A stretch of 63,889 bases of DNA, counting the filler, from Octopus bimaculoides (lineage: Eukaryota): NCBI RefSeq assembly GCF_001194135.2. It is 8 parts of 8 records of this genome, joined end to end, with 100 filler letters (N's around TTAATTAATTAA, not from the genome) between each part and the next. Parts side by side here need not be neighbours in the genome. Positions count along the whole stretch, not along the records: positions 15,548 to 43,094 come from NC_068990.1; positions 43,195 to 51,824 come from NC_068998.1; 6 more parts are not named here. One strand, given 5' to 3'. Shown piece by piece: positions 36,560-49,875 of the stretch. The notes under the pieces are model-generated. The model had not been told where the DNA came from and did no database searches. It was given only the letters and a program-made list of their open reading frames with translations. Numbering within the stretch: the first letter of the stretch is position 1; each line of letters opens with the position of its first letter. The translations under genes and the position numbers were made by a program.

Positions 36560-38375
36560 GTTCAACTGTACCTCACTCATGGGTGATAGACTCATTACAT
36601 CTTGCCAAAGTACCCGTTGCTACAGTGAATGGCATTGAAAAAGTGACTGCAATATGGTCCACACAGTTATCACTGACAACTACTAAAGCAACTCCTATTG
36701 TTACAAACAGAATTAAGCTATCAACAGGCATATTCCAGGGTGATAGTTTATCTGTAATGCTGTTTGTACTGGCAGTCAATCCCTTGCCAGCCCTGTTAAC
36801 AAAATGCTAAGGCTAAATGTTAGGATATCCTGAAAAGAAGTTCACGTCACCCATACATTCTTTTGCTGATGACCTAAAGTCTGATAAATTGACCAACATC
36901 AAGAGACAATTAGAACTAGTCTTAACATTCTCATGAAATATAAGAATAGAGTTTGTGCAAGATAAATACTCGTATGATAGTCAACCAAGGAAAATTTTTT
37001 GACCAGGTAGAGAGCATGTACATCCCATATCTCTAATGATGAAAGCTACAAGTATCTCAGAATCATTGAGAATGTTACATGCATTGATGGTGACTAAAGC
37101 CAGAATAACAAAAGAGTACTTCTGTAGACTCCAGAAAATGTGGAACTCAGAGCTAAACCCTTTTTCTTAAAGAGAAGTTGTTACTAGTTACCTTTGAAGT
37201 ATCAGTGCCAATACCAACATTTAGGATATTGGATTGGACACTCAATGAGATATGCAGCCTGGACATCAAAAACCAGAAAGGTATTCCACATTAACAGTAA
37301 CACTAACAGGATTTATGTGAGATGAAGCGATGGTGGTAGAGGCATAAGGTCACTCCAAACAGCCTTTGAATGTTGCACTGTATCACTCAGACAACACCTG
37401 CTGAATAGTAAAGAAAGAAATGAGTATATTCCATGCACACTCAAAATTGAGAGCAACAACTTCAGAGTTGGAAAAAAATTACCATGTGGATACGCTGAGA
37501 ATACAACTGTCTTGTATGACCCAAATGAGGTTGAACAGGTCTACTTAAATGGTTCCTTGGAGAAGAAGCAGGCATCATACCAACAAAAAGCAATGCATGG
37601 ATACATCTCCCATAAGCTAGAGGCAACAACAGCATTGACAGGAAGAATAGCCTCTCCTGGACCTGCAATAGATACATTACATCCCACCTAGAAGGATATG
37701 CCTTTACTATCCAGGAATAGGAGATTGGTACTAAATACCTGATAAACAAGTGGGACAAAGATATACCAAACCTCCACATTGTGATACAAAATGTCAGTTC
37801 TGCTATACCAGTGTGGAAGTTACCACATCATCAGCAGCTGCCATAAAATGTCTACAAGATGCTACCTGCCCTTGAGGCATGATGTAGTTGCAAAGACTAT
37901 ATACAATGCTATCTGCAGGAAGGACTACCCTGACATACATCAAGGGCATGTCAGAAACAGCAGGTATCCACACCTTTAAAAACAAGAAATACTGGTGGAA
38001 CAGCCCAATAAAAACATCAATTCAGTGCAAACTTAACAGACCTGATATTGTTCTGTGGGACAGGGAATAAAAGTCATGCACTGTTGTAGAGGTCAGCTGC
38101 CCAGTGAATGTGATGTACACTCAAAAGTCCAGGAAAGAAATTATTTATGGTGAATTAATGAGTAACTTACAGCTCGTGTACCATGACTATGAATTCACTT
38201 TTATGCCTTTCATCATGGGTGCATTAGGTTATGTACCAACAAATTTGCACAAAAACCTGCAAATACTTGGTTTCATGAAAAAAGAGCAAAAGATACTGAT
38301 GCGGATTCTCTAAATCCACTCTATTAGTGACACAATGAAGATTTGTAAGACATTCCCCAAATTCTCCATCTGAGA
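36560..38375 (+). mobile_element. 5'-truncated, decayed R4/Dong-clade non-LTR retrotransposon (RT, CCHC knuckle, RLE)
   Basis: GIFQGDSLSVMLFVLAVNPL; FADDLK; HIISSCHKMSTRCYLPLRHDVVAKTIYNAIC; KYWWNSPIKTSIQCKLNRPDIVLWDRE..VVEVSCP. Confidence 0.9.
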
Positions 38376-38589
38376 TCCCTATGTGAATAAATGCACACAC
38401 TTAGGGGTGTGCATCCAACACACAAACTCAACCACATATTTGCAAACATCAGGAACTCTCTTGACTCAAAAAGTCATGTCGCTTTGTTTGCAACTGGCTT
38501 GAACTCTCTCAAGAAGAACTCAAAGAAAGATCACACACACATTCATGGGTTGATAAGGTAATTGTGATAGTCAGTGTCTGTGATAGAAT

Positions 38590-41500
38590 ACCTAAGCTTA
38601 AACTAAGTGCTGCAACATGGAACAACAACCATTATTTCAGCCTATGCCCCTCAGCCAGATCTACCTGATGAACAGAAAGACCGATTTTATGACACCCTCT
38701 TGCAGACTACCTTGTTGATGAATGACAGGGGCCTTCTCTTTGTGGCTGGCAACTTCAATGGGCATGTTGGAAAAGCATCTGGGTAGCTGCCATGGTATAC
38801 ATGGTGGCAATGGATTTAGTTCCTGCAATGAGGAGGGACTAGGCAACTGGAGTTCTGTGACGCAAATGATCTTATGATCTGCATTATTAACTTCAGGAAA
38901 CTTGCCAGTCATCTGTTCACTTATCAGTTTGGTGGGCAAATTAGTCAGATTGACTACATTCTCACCAGGAAACAGGAAAGAGGGCTGCTTATAAATGTCA
39001 AAGCTTTCTCAGGTGATGAATGCANNNNNNNNNNNNNNNNNNNNNNNNNNNNNNNNNNNNNNNNNNNNNNNNNNNNNNNNNNNNNNNNNNNNNNNNNNNN
39101 NNNNNNNNNNNNNAACATAGGTTAGTCATTAGCAACTTTAGGATCAGGGCTAAATGGCTGTCCAGAAGACAACCAGTGTGGAAAAGATTTTGATGATAAA
39201 GAGGAGGATATAGTGTCATATAATGTGGAGGACAACTGGAGGTTCCAGTGGGACAATCTGTTGAGGGCTACTGATCAGATCTGTGGCTGGTGCAAAGTCC
39301 CCTCTTGACCTAAGGTGACGTGATGATGGAACAATGTAGTTGACAGGGCCATTAGAGAAAAAAAGCAGACAGGGAAGGACTGGAAGTGTAATGGTAGCAG
39401 GGAACTATATCAGATAGCCAGAATGGAAGCTAGGGGACTGGTATACTTAGCCAGAGGGGAAACAGAAAAGAAGAGGTTTGTCAATGTCCTGAGTCGTGAA
39501 GACCAAAAACTTGAAGTGTTTCGAATTGCAAGACAGTGTGTGAGAGAAAATCGCCATTCATAGGAGAGAAAGAGTTCACATTTAATAATGCTGCAAAGAA
39601 AGAAACTTAGAAATGCCACTATGAAAGGCTGCTAAATGAAGAGAATGAAGGGAGAAAGAGAATTTGCAAAATGTTGATCCAACTGAGGGACCAACTATCT
39701 GAGTTGACAGTACCATGGTAGATAAAGCAATTAAAGATATGAAAACAGGGAAAACACCTGGCCCATCAGGAATCACTGCTGAGATGCTTAAAATATCTGG
39801 GGTGTAGGCTATGATCTAGTTACCCATATAGTTAACCAGATGGTACACAAAGGATTCATATCCAATGACTGGTGTAACAGCACCATAGTCAACTGCTACA
39901 AAGGTAAAGGTGACGTCTGAGATAGAAATAATTATAGAGGTATCAAATTGTTAGATCAGGTGATTAATTAGGGATAGAGTTAGTTTAGATGAGAGGCAGT
40001 TTGGTTTGTGCCAAGGAGAGGCTCCACTGATGCTATATTTCTGGTAAGATAGCTGCAGGAGAAATACCTAGACAAAGATAAACCTCTGTACTTGGCTTTT
40101 GTTGATATGGAAAATGCCTTTGATAGAGACCTCCAATCTCTTATCTAGTAGTCAATGCAGAAACTAGGGATAGATGAATGGTTGTTGAGAGCTGCATAAG
40201 CCTTGTACAGGGATGCTGTCAGTAAGTTGATGGCTGGCAATTCAGGGTACAAGTAAGGGTTCACCAAGGATCAATCCTCAGCCCTCTCTTGTTCATCATA
40301 TTCCTCCAGGCAATAACAGAGGAATTTAAGACAGGCTGTCCCTGGGAACTCCTCTATGATGATGATCTTGTTATTATAGCTGAATCACTAACAGAACTAC
40401 CCTGCTCAATCTGTAGAAAAGGCATAGCTAGAAACTCCATAAGATGTACCAGGTGTAAGCTATGGACACATAAGAGATGCAGTAATATCAGAGGAAGGTT
40501 AACCGGGAAAATAATTTTTGTGTGTGGAAGGTGCACAGATACAATTCATACTAAAAATGTACAGAAAATAGATTCCATCACATGCTGGGTGGAATTCTGT
40601 TGCTTAGGTGACCAAGTCAGCTGCAGAGGTGGATTCTCTGAGCACATAGTTGTTAGAATAAGAATAGCCTGGGCAAAGTTCAGAAAGCTCCTACCTCTGC
40701 TGGTAACAACAAAGGGCATCTCACTCAGAATGAATGACAGTCAGTATGATGCCTGGGTGCGAACAGCCATGCTACATGGAAGTAAAACATGGGTTGTGAC
40801 TGCCAAGGTTGTGACTGCCAAGGTTGTGACTGTAGGCTTGTAACAAATGAAGATGGTATGCTTCGCTGGATGTGTAATGTCAGTGTGTATGCATGACAGA
40901 GTATAAGCTTCCTGAGAGAAAAGTTGAGAATAAGATGTATCAGATGTGGTGTGCAAGAGAAACGACCACGCTGATATGGTCATGTGATGTATATGGGTGA
41001 GGACAGCTTTCTGAAGAGGTGTTGTGCTTTAACGGTGGAGGGAACCTGTGGAAGAGGTAGACCCAAGACATGAGACAAGGTGGTGAAGTATGATCTCCAA
41101 ATGGGCTTCAGGGAGGCAATGACAAACAACCAAGACCTTTGGTGATATGTTGTGCTTGAGATGACCTGTGAAGCGAAGTGAGATCATAGTCATGGCTCCA
41201 TTAAAAACATCCTTCTAGCATTGGGTGATATGCTGTGCTTGTGAAGACCTGTCGAACTGAGGGAAATCATAGTTGTGGCTGATGCCAGTGCCATCTGTCT
41301 GGCACCCATGCTAGTGGCACATAAAAAGCGTCATTTGAGTGTTGGGTCTCATGGAGGCAGTGACGGGTGACCAAGACCTTTGGTGATATACTGTGCTTGT
41401 GTATACCTGTCAAGCCAAGTAAGACTGCTGTCGTGATGCTAGTGTCAGGTCAATGACATTCATGCTGGTGGCACATAAAAATCACCCACTACACTATCGG

Positions 41501-41645
41501 AGTGGTTGGCATTAGGAAGGACATCCAGCCATAGAAACCTTGCAAAATCAGATCAGAACCTGGTGCAGCACCTTGGCTTACCAGTTTTCAGTCAAACTGT
41601 CCAATCCATGCTAGTATGGAAAACAGGCATTAAATAATGATGACG
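38590..41645 (+). mobile_element. Decayed RTE-clade LINE (APE end, RT, PHD-like finger, 3' UTR)
   Basis: IISAYAPQ..FYDTLLQT..VAGNFNGHVGK; QIDYILTRK; KAIKDMKTGKTPGPSGITAEMLK; CPWELLYDDDLVIIAES; RIAWAKFRKL; tail aaacaggcattaaataatgatgacg. Confidence 0.95.
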
Positions 41646-41789
41646 AAGATACATATATATGCACATACACATACATCCATGCATACATACATACATAGAT
41701 ACATGCATACATGCATGCATGCATGCACACATACATATTCCCCCAAACCATTTTTATCAACATTGCAATGTCAGAAATGATTCGAACAC

Positions 41790-43094
41790 AACTTCGATCA
41801 CTTGTGGAACACGAAATAGCTTGTGGTGTGTGCGTACGAGTAGATGTAATCGCCTTACCTCGGTTTTCCTTTCGTCGACTGCGAGTCTGTCTTGCGGTAT
41901 CCAATCCTTGAAGCTTGCCCCAACCCAAAGAACACCAGGAATAGCAGCTGCTTCTCCCAAACCTAGACCGTCACTAGACACGTCTTGTCCTGTCCGTGAC
42001 CCCGTTCGAAAGAGGGCACGAATCCCGATCGAGGCTCCCTCTGCCCTTTTTCCTCTTCCGGTCAACTCGCCCTTCCAGTCAGCCTCCCCAGACACTGATG
42101 TCATANNNNNNNNNNNNNNNNNNNNNNNNNNNNNNNNNNNNNNNNNNNNNNNNNNNNNNNNNNNNNNNNNNNNNNNNNNNNNNNNNNNNNNNNNNNNNNN
42201 NNNNNNNNNNNNNNNNNNNNNNNNNNNNNNNNNNNNNNNNNNNNNNNNNNNNNNNNNNNNNNNNNNNNNNNNNNNNNNNNNNNNNNNNNNNNNNNNNNNN
42301 NNNNNNNNNNNNNNNNNNNNNNNNNNNNNNNNNNNNNNNNNNNNNNNNNNNNNNNNNNNNNNNNNNNNNNNNNNNNNNNNNNNNNNNNNNNNNNNNNNNN
42401 NNNNNNNNNNNNNNNNNNNNNNNNNNNNNNNNNNNNNNNNNNNNNNNNNNNNNNNNNNNNNNNNNNNNNNNNNNNNNNNNNNNNNNNNNNNNNNNNNNNN
42501 NNNNNNNNNNNNNNNNNNNNNNNNNNNNNNNNNNNNNNNNNNNNNNNNNNNNNNNNNNNNNNNNNNNNNNNNNNNNNNNNNNNNNNNNNNNNNNNNNNNN
42601 NNNNNNNNNNNNNNNNNNNNNNNNNNNNNNNNNNNNNNNNNNNNNNNNNNNNNNNNNNNNNNNNNNNNNNNNNNNNNNNNNNNNNNNNNNNNNNNNNNNN
42701 NNNNNNNNNNNNNNNNNNNNNNNNNNNNNNNNNNNNNNNNNNNNNNNNNNNNNNNNNNNNNNNNNNNNNNNNNNNNNNNNNNNTGTACCAGTAGACCGCT
42801 TCCAGGGGCGAAATGTGCCCCCTTTCAGCCATGGCCTTGATCGTCCGATGGTGCCTCTCAACGATTCCGTTGCCACTCGGCCTATACGCCGCACCTTCCA
42901 CCGGTCAAGCATCTCTCCCAATGCTTCCAAACGAAATGCCGCCCCGTTGTCCATTAGCAGTTCTTCCACGGGACCCCTCTCCAAGAATATCCCGTTCAGA
43001 ATGCGGGCAATCTCATTGGCAATGCCTGTCCTCAGCTCCCTCCAAATGGCCAGCCGGCCCGGCCCGCAGTCGACCATGCTGAGATACATTTCCT
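41790..43094 (-). mobile_element. Gypsy LTR-retrotransposon integrase and 3' region (interrupted by gaps)
   Basis: YLSMVDCGPGRLAIWREL..GPVEELLMDNGAAFR; AYRPSGNGIVERHHRTIKAMAERGHISPLEAVYWY (D,D35E integrase core). Confidence 0.9.
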
Positions 43095-43194
43095 NNNNNN
43101 NNNNNNNNNNNNNNNNNNNNNNNNNNNNNNNNNNNNNNTTAATTAATTAANNNNNNNNNNNNNNNNNNNNNNNNNNNNNNNNNNNNNNNNNNNN

Positions 43195-43232
<38 letters not shown>

Positions 43233-43372
43233 AATGTATATATGTGTATATGTATATATAGATGTATCATCATCATCATCATCATTTAATGTCTGTTTTC
43301 CATGGTGGCATGAGTTGCACAGTTTGACGGACTGGTGAAGACTGTGCCAGGCTTCACTGTCTGTTTTGGCAT

Positions 43373-43415
<43 letters not shown>

Positions 43416-43433
43416 NNNNNNNNNNTTTGGCAT

Positions 43434-43485
<52 letters not shown>

Positions 43486-44164
43486 CTATATATATACACA
43501 TACATACATATATGTTTATATATATGTGTCTGTATGTGTATGTATGTATACACACACACACCTGTGCCACCAAAAATGATGGCATTTTGAAAGGAAGAGC
43601 TGAAACTGGTATTTAATAAATCCATTGACATAACATATATTCCATATATTTGACATAGAGTTGTTGCAACACATCATATATTACTAGGCAAGGTTCTGAT
43701 CAAAGCTCATTTACCAGAAGTAGTGTTATTTCGTCAATAATCAATGTAGCATGCATTCTATACACATGTAATACAAATAGCATTATGACATGTTCTATAT
43801 ATAAAGCTGTTATGGTGAAACGTAGATACATCCCAATATACAAACTTTACTTAATATATATTCACTGCATATATTTCCAATGGTTAATATAAATGAATTT
43901 CTATATAAAATATATTACAATTTTCATGCTCTGAAATATACATATTTGCAATACACATATATAATAAGTATTCCAAACATTGTGCATGCACACAGACACA
44001 CAGACACACACACACACTTTGTATAGTGCACCATACATTACTGAACATAAATTAGGTTTTCATTCTAGATCTTATATTACACTTTTTGAGAAGATATACG
44101 TTTTTGTCAGATTTTCCTTGAACATCACTTCTTTCTATGTACAACCTCAGATTATTTTTTCTTG

Positions 44165-44212
<48 letters not shown>

Positions 44213-44429
44213 TTTTTGTTCCTAAAATGTATTGAACTTGTGGCTCTCAACGTTAGTTCTACTACAGAACTATGTAATAAAAGAATTATGTAAATAATAA
44301 ACAGGATAGAAAGAGAAATGAATGTGTGTGCATGTGTAAAATTATAATATAATATATGCATATATGTATGATATATATACACATAATAAATATATATATT
44401 TATATATATAACATATATACACATAAACC

Positions 44430-44556
44430 CGGTGTAAGCTACGACCACATAAAAGGTACAGCAATATCAGAGGAAAATAGCTTTTGTGCGTGGAAGGTGC
44501 ACAGGTACAATTAACACTAAAAATGTACAGAAAATAGATTCCATCACATGCCAGGG
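44430..44556 (+). mobile_element. Short RTE fragment (PHD-finger region)
   Basis: ggtgtaagct..cataaaaggtacagcaatatcagagga..gtggaaggtgcacag..aaaatgtacagaaaatagattccatcacatgc matches 40452-40585. Confidence 0.8.
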
Positions 44557-45754
44557 AGCAGAGCTGGATTTAAATCATGGTGGGGGGGCAGAGCACTTCA
44601 AGTTCGGTGGACCCCTTATACACAAGAATTAAAATCTTAGAAAATTACTAAACATAAATCTCAAAATCCATCCATTTCATGTAATTGAATTTGATAAGTT
44701 ACCAGAGAAAGTTTAAATAAATGATTGAAAATGTCGCTTTATAGATACACTTTTCAAAATTCAAATTTCGTTTTACACACATCCACTTGCAGTGTTTGAC
44801 TTTTTTTCATTGTGAAAAATACAAAGAAATGGGGAAGAAGGTGTAGGATTTTTTATTTTAATGTGAGTTACAAATGTTTCAGAAAGTGGAATAAGATAAA
44901 ATGACAGAAAATTAGGAGAAAGAAAACAAATCATTTTTGTGGTTGTTACTGTTCTAAAGGCATGATGGGTGTGCGTGCATCTTTGTGTGTAAGGGGGTGG
45001 GTGGAGACATTAACATTTAAACGGCATGGATTTTAAAATTTCTTCTTTTAAATGACTTCCCTTCATTGTTTTGGAATGCATGAAAAGAAAAAGTAGGAGA
45101 AATCCCAACAAAAATGGGAAAATTCAAACAACTATTTCCGAAAGTCTGCTTTNNNNNNNNNNNNNNNNNNNNNNNNNNNNNNNNNNNNNNNNNNNNNNNN
45201 NNNNNNNNNNNNNNNNNNNNNNNNNNNNNNNNNNNNNNNNNNNNNNNNNNNNNNNNNNNNNNNNNNNNNNNNNNNNNNNNNNNNNNNNNNNNNNNNNNNN
45301 NNNNNNNNNNNNNNNNNNNNNNNNNNNNNNNNNNNNNNNNNNNNNNNNNNNNNNNNNNNNNNNNNNNNNNNNNNNNNNNNNNNNNNNNNNNNNNNNNNNN
45401 NNNNNNNNNNNNNNNNNNNNNNNNNNNNNNNNNNNNNNNNNNNNNNNNNNNNNNNNNNNNNNNNNNNNNNNNNNNNNNNNNNNNNNNNNNNNNNNNNNNN
45501 NNNNNNNNNNNNNNNNNNNNNNNNNNNNNNNNNNNNNNNNNNNNNNNNNNNNNNNNNNNNNNNNNNNNNNNNNNNNNNNNNNNNNNNNNNNNNNNNNNNN
45601 NNNNNNNNNNNNNNNNNNNNNNNNNNNNNNNNNNNNNNNNNNNNNNNNNNNNNNNNNNNNNNNNNNNNNNNNNNNNNNNNNNNNNNNNNNNNNNNNNNNN
45701 NNNNNNNNNNNNNNNNNNNNNNNNNNNNNNNNNNNNNNNNNNNNNNNNNNNNNN

Positions 45755-45789
<35 letters not shown>

Positions 45790-46379
45790 CACACACACAT
45801 GTTTGTAGGCAAATTAAAAAAAACCTTTTATATATGTGTGTGTGTGTGTTTGTATATAAAGAGGTTTTCCATTGAATGTTATTTAGATAATGGAATGGAA
45901 ATGGCAGAGAAATTCCAATGTGACCTTGTAATATCTTATATATAATGTCATATATAAGATATCTTTTAGATATACATATCTTAGAAATAACTTCATAATT
46001 CTAAACTAAATTTTTGTCTTCCATTCCACCAGAGGTTTATGAAGTAATTGTGAGTAATAAGATAAAACTAACTTATTTTCCCATCTACTTGAAAATTAAA
46101 TATTGAACCTAAGAAGAAGAAAGCCATTGACTAATTATTGCTAATAAATATTTTATGGGAAACCAGTACAGCATTTTTGAGAAACATAGAGAGAGTTTGT
46201 TAATGTGATGTTAGACAAATACAGTGAGCTTGTTAATATAACATTACACAAATACTGAGAGTTTGTAGACAGATTCCATTAATATTCTGAGATATAAAAT
46301 AAAAGTTATAAAAGTGAAACACTCATTATCAGCTATCAGTATACAATAAAACAAAAAGTTGCATTTGTAAGGACTCAAA

Positions 46380-46960
46380 CTATCTTGGATTTAGATGCTT
46401 TTGCAATTCTTGTGAGAATAGTTTCCGATACACCAATATCTCTTAATATGACAAAGTGAGGCATCAGATTTTAATATTTATAAATTATATAAACACCAGT
46501 TCTTAAATAGATCGATAAAATTAAAGTAGGTTCTAGGTAGATTTGTACTAGATGAATAATTGTTTGGGAAACCTATTGGAATGGCAGTTGAATACTGCAG
46601 CAGCTTATTTATTCTAGAACTGCCTGACTGAGACAGTATCATAGTTATGGTATTGAAATATTATTTGTATCTATAATGCCCCAGAAATTTCATCATGTGC
46701 TGTAGATATTTTGGCAACATATCAACTTTATAAATAAATGTTATCCATATTTTAGAGATTAACTTTTAGTCTTCTATTTACCAGAAAGTTAACCGAGATT
46801 GATTTATAATATATCAATCACCACTAAGAATAAATGTCAGTTGGTTATATCTACTGAAAGCTTTAATCTTACATATTTACAACTGTTATCTAAACTTTGC
46901 TGATAAATCATTTATTTCCACAATATGTTCAGCCAATGAAGTATTACTTTATGGAGTATT
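46380..46960 (+). mobile_element. Highly decayed Penelope-like RT remnant (tentative)
   Basis: Ordered weak motifs LFGKPIGMAVEYCSSLFI (cf. QxIGIPMG..APxLAxLFL), RYFGNISTL (cf. RYIDD), TYLQL/YLNF and LLYGVF (cf. PAYGVF). Confidence 0.4.
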
Positions 46961-47864
46961 TAAAAATAAAATGTCCTAAAAAAGAACCGAATATTATTAT
47001 GTTCACATGACAGATTTTTAAATGCCAGTTTTAATTTTACAAAAAAAATTAAAAGACTTAATAAAGCTTGATAGATGAGACATGTCACTAATTTGATGAA
47101 ATATTACACATTCACTCAAATTTTAATCAATATCCTGGCCAGTATGGATAGCCAAGAATTAAAGACCATGGTCTGCTTGAATCATCTACTGGAAATAACA
47201 GATGATATGCCTTGGGTGATCTAATTAGCGTTCTAAATGGAGTTATAATTGTCAAAGAGTTCAGAGGGTGAAATAAGTAAAACAAATTTGGAAAGAATGA
47301 ACTTCTCTTTTTCCCCACAACATATATGTATGAAAAATGTATACTGCTGTTGTTGGTGGTGTTGTTCTTATTTAGCCCCAGGTCCGTAGTGTTCAAGTAG
47401 ATCTATGATCAAAGGCATTCAAGCTGTGATCATCTTATTTATTTCTGATATAGTATATTTTTGGGACTATATTATTTAATGTATCCTCTCTTTTTACAGG
47501 TTGGGATTTGAGGGAAAATTCTTTGTGCAATATAAGCTTGTTAAGTGTAAGCTGAAGAAATAGTAAAAATATGTAATGTTGTTAGCCAAATGAAATGGTT
47601 TTACATCATTTTTGCCATGATGTGTTCAGCTAATTCAAAGTAAAAATGAACCATTTTTTGTGACTGTATCATTAAGGCATTGATGTGTGGTAAAAAGTTT
47701 ATTTCCAAACCACTTCGTTCCAAGTTCAGTCCCACAGAAGAGTGCTGTGTGCAAGTGTCTTCCCTGGAAAACCAAAACCCTGTGAATGAATTTGGTACAA
47801 AAAAGTGGGTGGAAGCCTGTCATATATATATTATATTCTTCTTAACATTCTTTTTGTATTGTTA

Positions 47865-48058
47865 GCACACTGGGTAAAATGCTTAATGGTGTTTCGTCTG
47901 TCTTAACTTTCTGAGTTCAAATTCCGCCAAGGTCGACTTTGCCTTTCATCCTTTCGGGGTTAATAAATTAAGTACCAGTTGCATACTGGGGTTGTTCTAA
48001 TCGACTGGGCTCCCTCCCCCAAAATTTCGGGCCTTGTGCCTAGAGCAGAAAAGAACAT
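47865..48058 (+). mobile_element. tRNA-derived SINE (19426 family)
   Basis: ttctgagttcaaattccgccaaggtcgactttgcctttcatcctttcggggttaataaattaagtaccag. Confidence 0.85.
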
Positions 48059-48783
48059 TCTTTTTGTATGTGTTTGTCTATTAGAGATATTTTCTTAGTT
48101 CACTTTGAATTTAATCAATTTTTGATTTAATGACATTGTGTTAGCATATATTTTTGGATATATTAATTTGGCTGGTATTTTATACCTTTTTCTGTATCTA
48201 AATATGCTGGCACAATAGAAACAATTGTCGATAATGTAAGGTGTAATCACCAATTAAAGATGTGATTTTCTCCATTCTTATTCTTTTTGTCTAATAATCT
48301 GAATTTTTTGAAATTCTTCTATGTGATATTTGGATTTACTTATCATACCTTGGATGTTAATTCCACTTGCATTTATTGTTGGATAGAGTAACTAAATTCA
48401 TTTAACACAGAGTACTTTCTTGATATCTACCTGGATTTATTAATCCCTTTTATTTCTTATTATATATTTTATCTTTTACTTGTTTCAGTCATTAGACTGT
48501 GGCCATATTGGGACACCTCCTTGAAAAATTGTAGTCCATCTTATTGACATCAGTACTTACTCTTTTATAAAACCTAGTATTAATTTTATCAGTCTCTTTT
48601 GTTGAACCACTAAGTTGTGGGGACATAAACACACCAATATCACTTGTCAAGCAGTGGTAGGGGACAAATACATACACAAAGATTCACACACATATATATA
48701 TTAAAATTGCTTAGAGGATGAGTTACCCTCTGATAGAGCAAGTACCAGACTTAAAAACAAACTACTAGGGTCAATATGTTCTA

Positions 48784-49011
48784 TTAACCTTTTAGCAATC
48801 AGTTTACTCTCTCAAAATATAATGCTTCTTTATTCTTATTGTTTTGAATTAATCATGGATCACCTTGTGCCTTTGAAATTTCGATGATGTGATTGTATAT
48901 TTTTACAGTGACATTAAAAAGTAAATGTGGGAGACCAGATCTGGTTGGTTCAACATAGAACTGGTAAAATATTTACGCCGAATACAGCTGGTTTAAATGC
49001 TCAAGGATTAG
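48784..49011. mobile_element. piggyBac-like MITE; a partial copy lies at ~50325-50410
   Basis: TTAA|ccttttagca ... tgctcaagga|ttag degenerate termini; the internal block attgttttgaatta(a/g)tcatg is shared with the 50325 copy. Confidence 0.5.
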
Positions 49012-49439
49012 ACCCTTCAAGACAGCACTCCAGCATGGCCATAATCTAATGACTGAGACAAGTAAAAGATAAAAGACATGAATTATTTGTAATATTGTTT
49101 AACTCCACTTTCTCTCTTCCTCTCTAGGAAGGAAGCAATATGCATTTGGGTTTCTAAGTAACCACTGTTTTCACTTTCATTCTTTTAAGTTGGTGCTGGA
49201 TAATATTTCTGGTAATCCTTCCACATGTTCTGCATTCCTTAAAGAGTTTTCCTGGCAGTCTCAACTCTCTGGGTTAGCCTGATCCCTCAGAAACTATTTT
49301 CTGTTTTCTCTTCTTTTTTTTTTTTTTGTTTGTGTTATATATTACATTCAGTTCTTTTCATTGATTTATTTTATTTTTAATCCATGAAGCTTTAGGAAAT
49401 CTGTCTAGGGAAGTTCCTAAGGTATGCGCTGCTGAGTTT

Positions 49440-49648
49440 TCAACTACTACTACTAGCAGCAGCAGCACCACCACCACCACCACCAATACCACTACTACTA
49501 ATAGCAGCAGATGCATCACTACTACTACCACCACCACCACTACTACTATTCCCACTACCACTACTGTCACCACCATCACTACTTCAACTGCTGTCTCTAC
49601 CACCACCACCACCACCATCACCACTACTACTAGCAGCACCACCACTGA

Positions 49649-49680
<32 letters not shown>

Positions 49681-49681
49681 T

Positions 49682-49717
<36 letters not shown>

Positions 49718-49840
49718 CAGCAGCAGCTACATAACCACTACTACTATTACTACCCCATCACTACCACTATTATTCCTATCATCACCACCACTGTTACTAC
49801 TGCTCTCACTACCACTACTACAACTATCACCACCACTATC

Positions 49841-49875
<35 letters not shown>
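49440..49875. repeat. Degenerate (ACT/ACC/GCT)n triplet repeat field
   Basis: Visible directly in the sequence. Confidence 0.9.

Noticed and set aside
44215-44290. Possible fourth Penelope GIY-YIG scrap on the minus strand (YI.S..ELTLRATSSIHFRNKN)
   Set aside because: Too short and degenerate to support
49129-49158. 30-nt AG/GT-bounded micro-exon reading RKQYAFGFL (allatostatin-like)
   Set aside because: Lacks the FGL-G-KR amidation and cleavage context; no supporting exons
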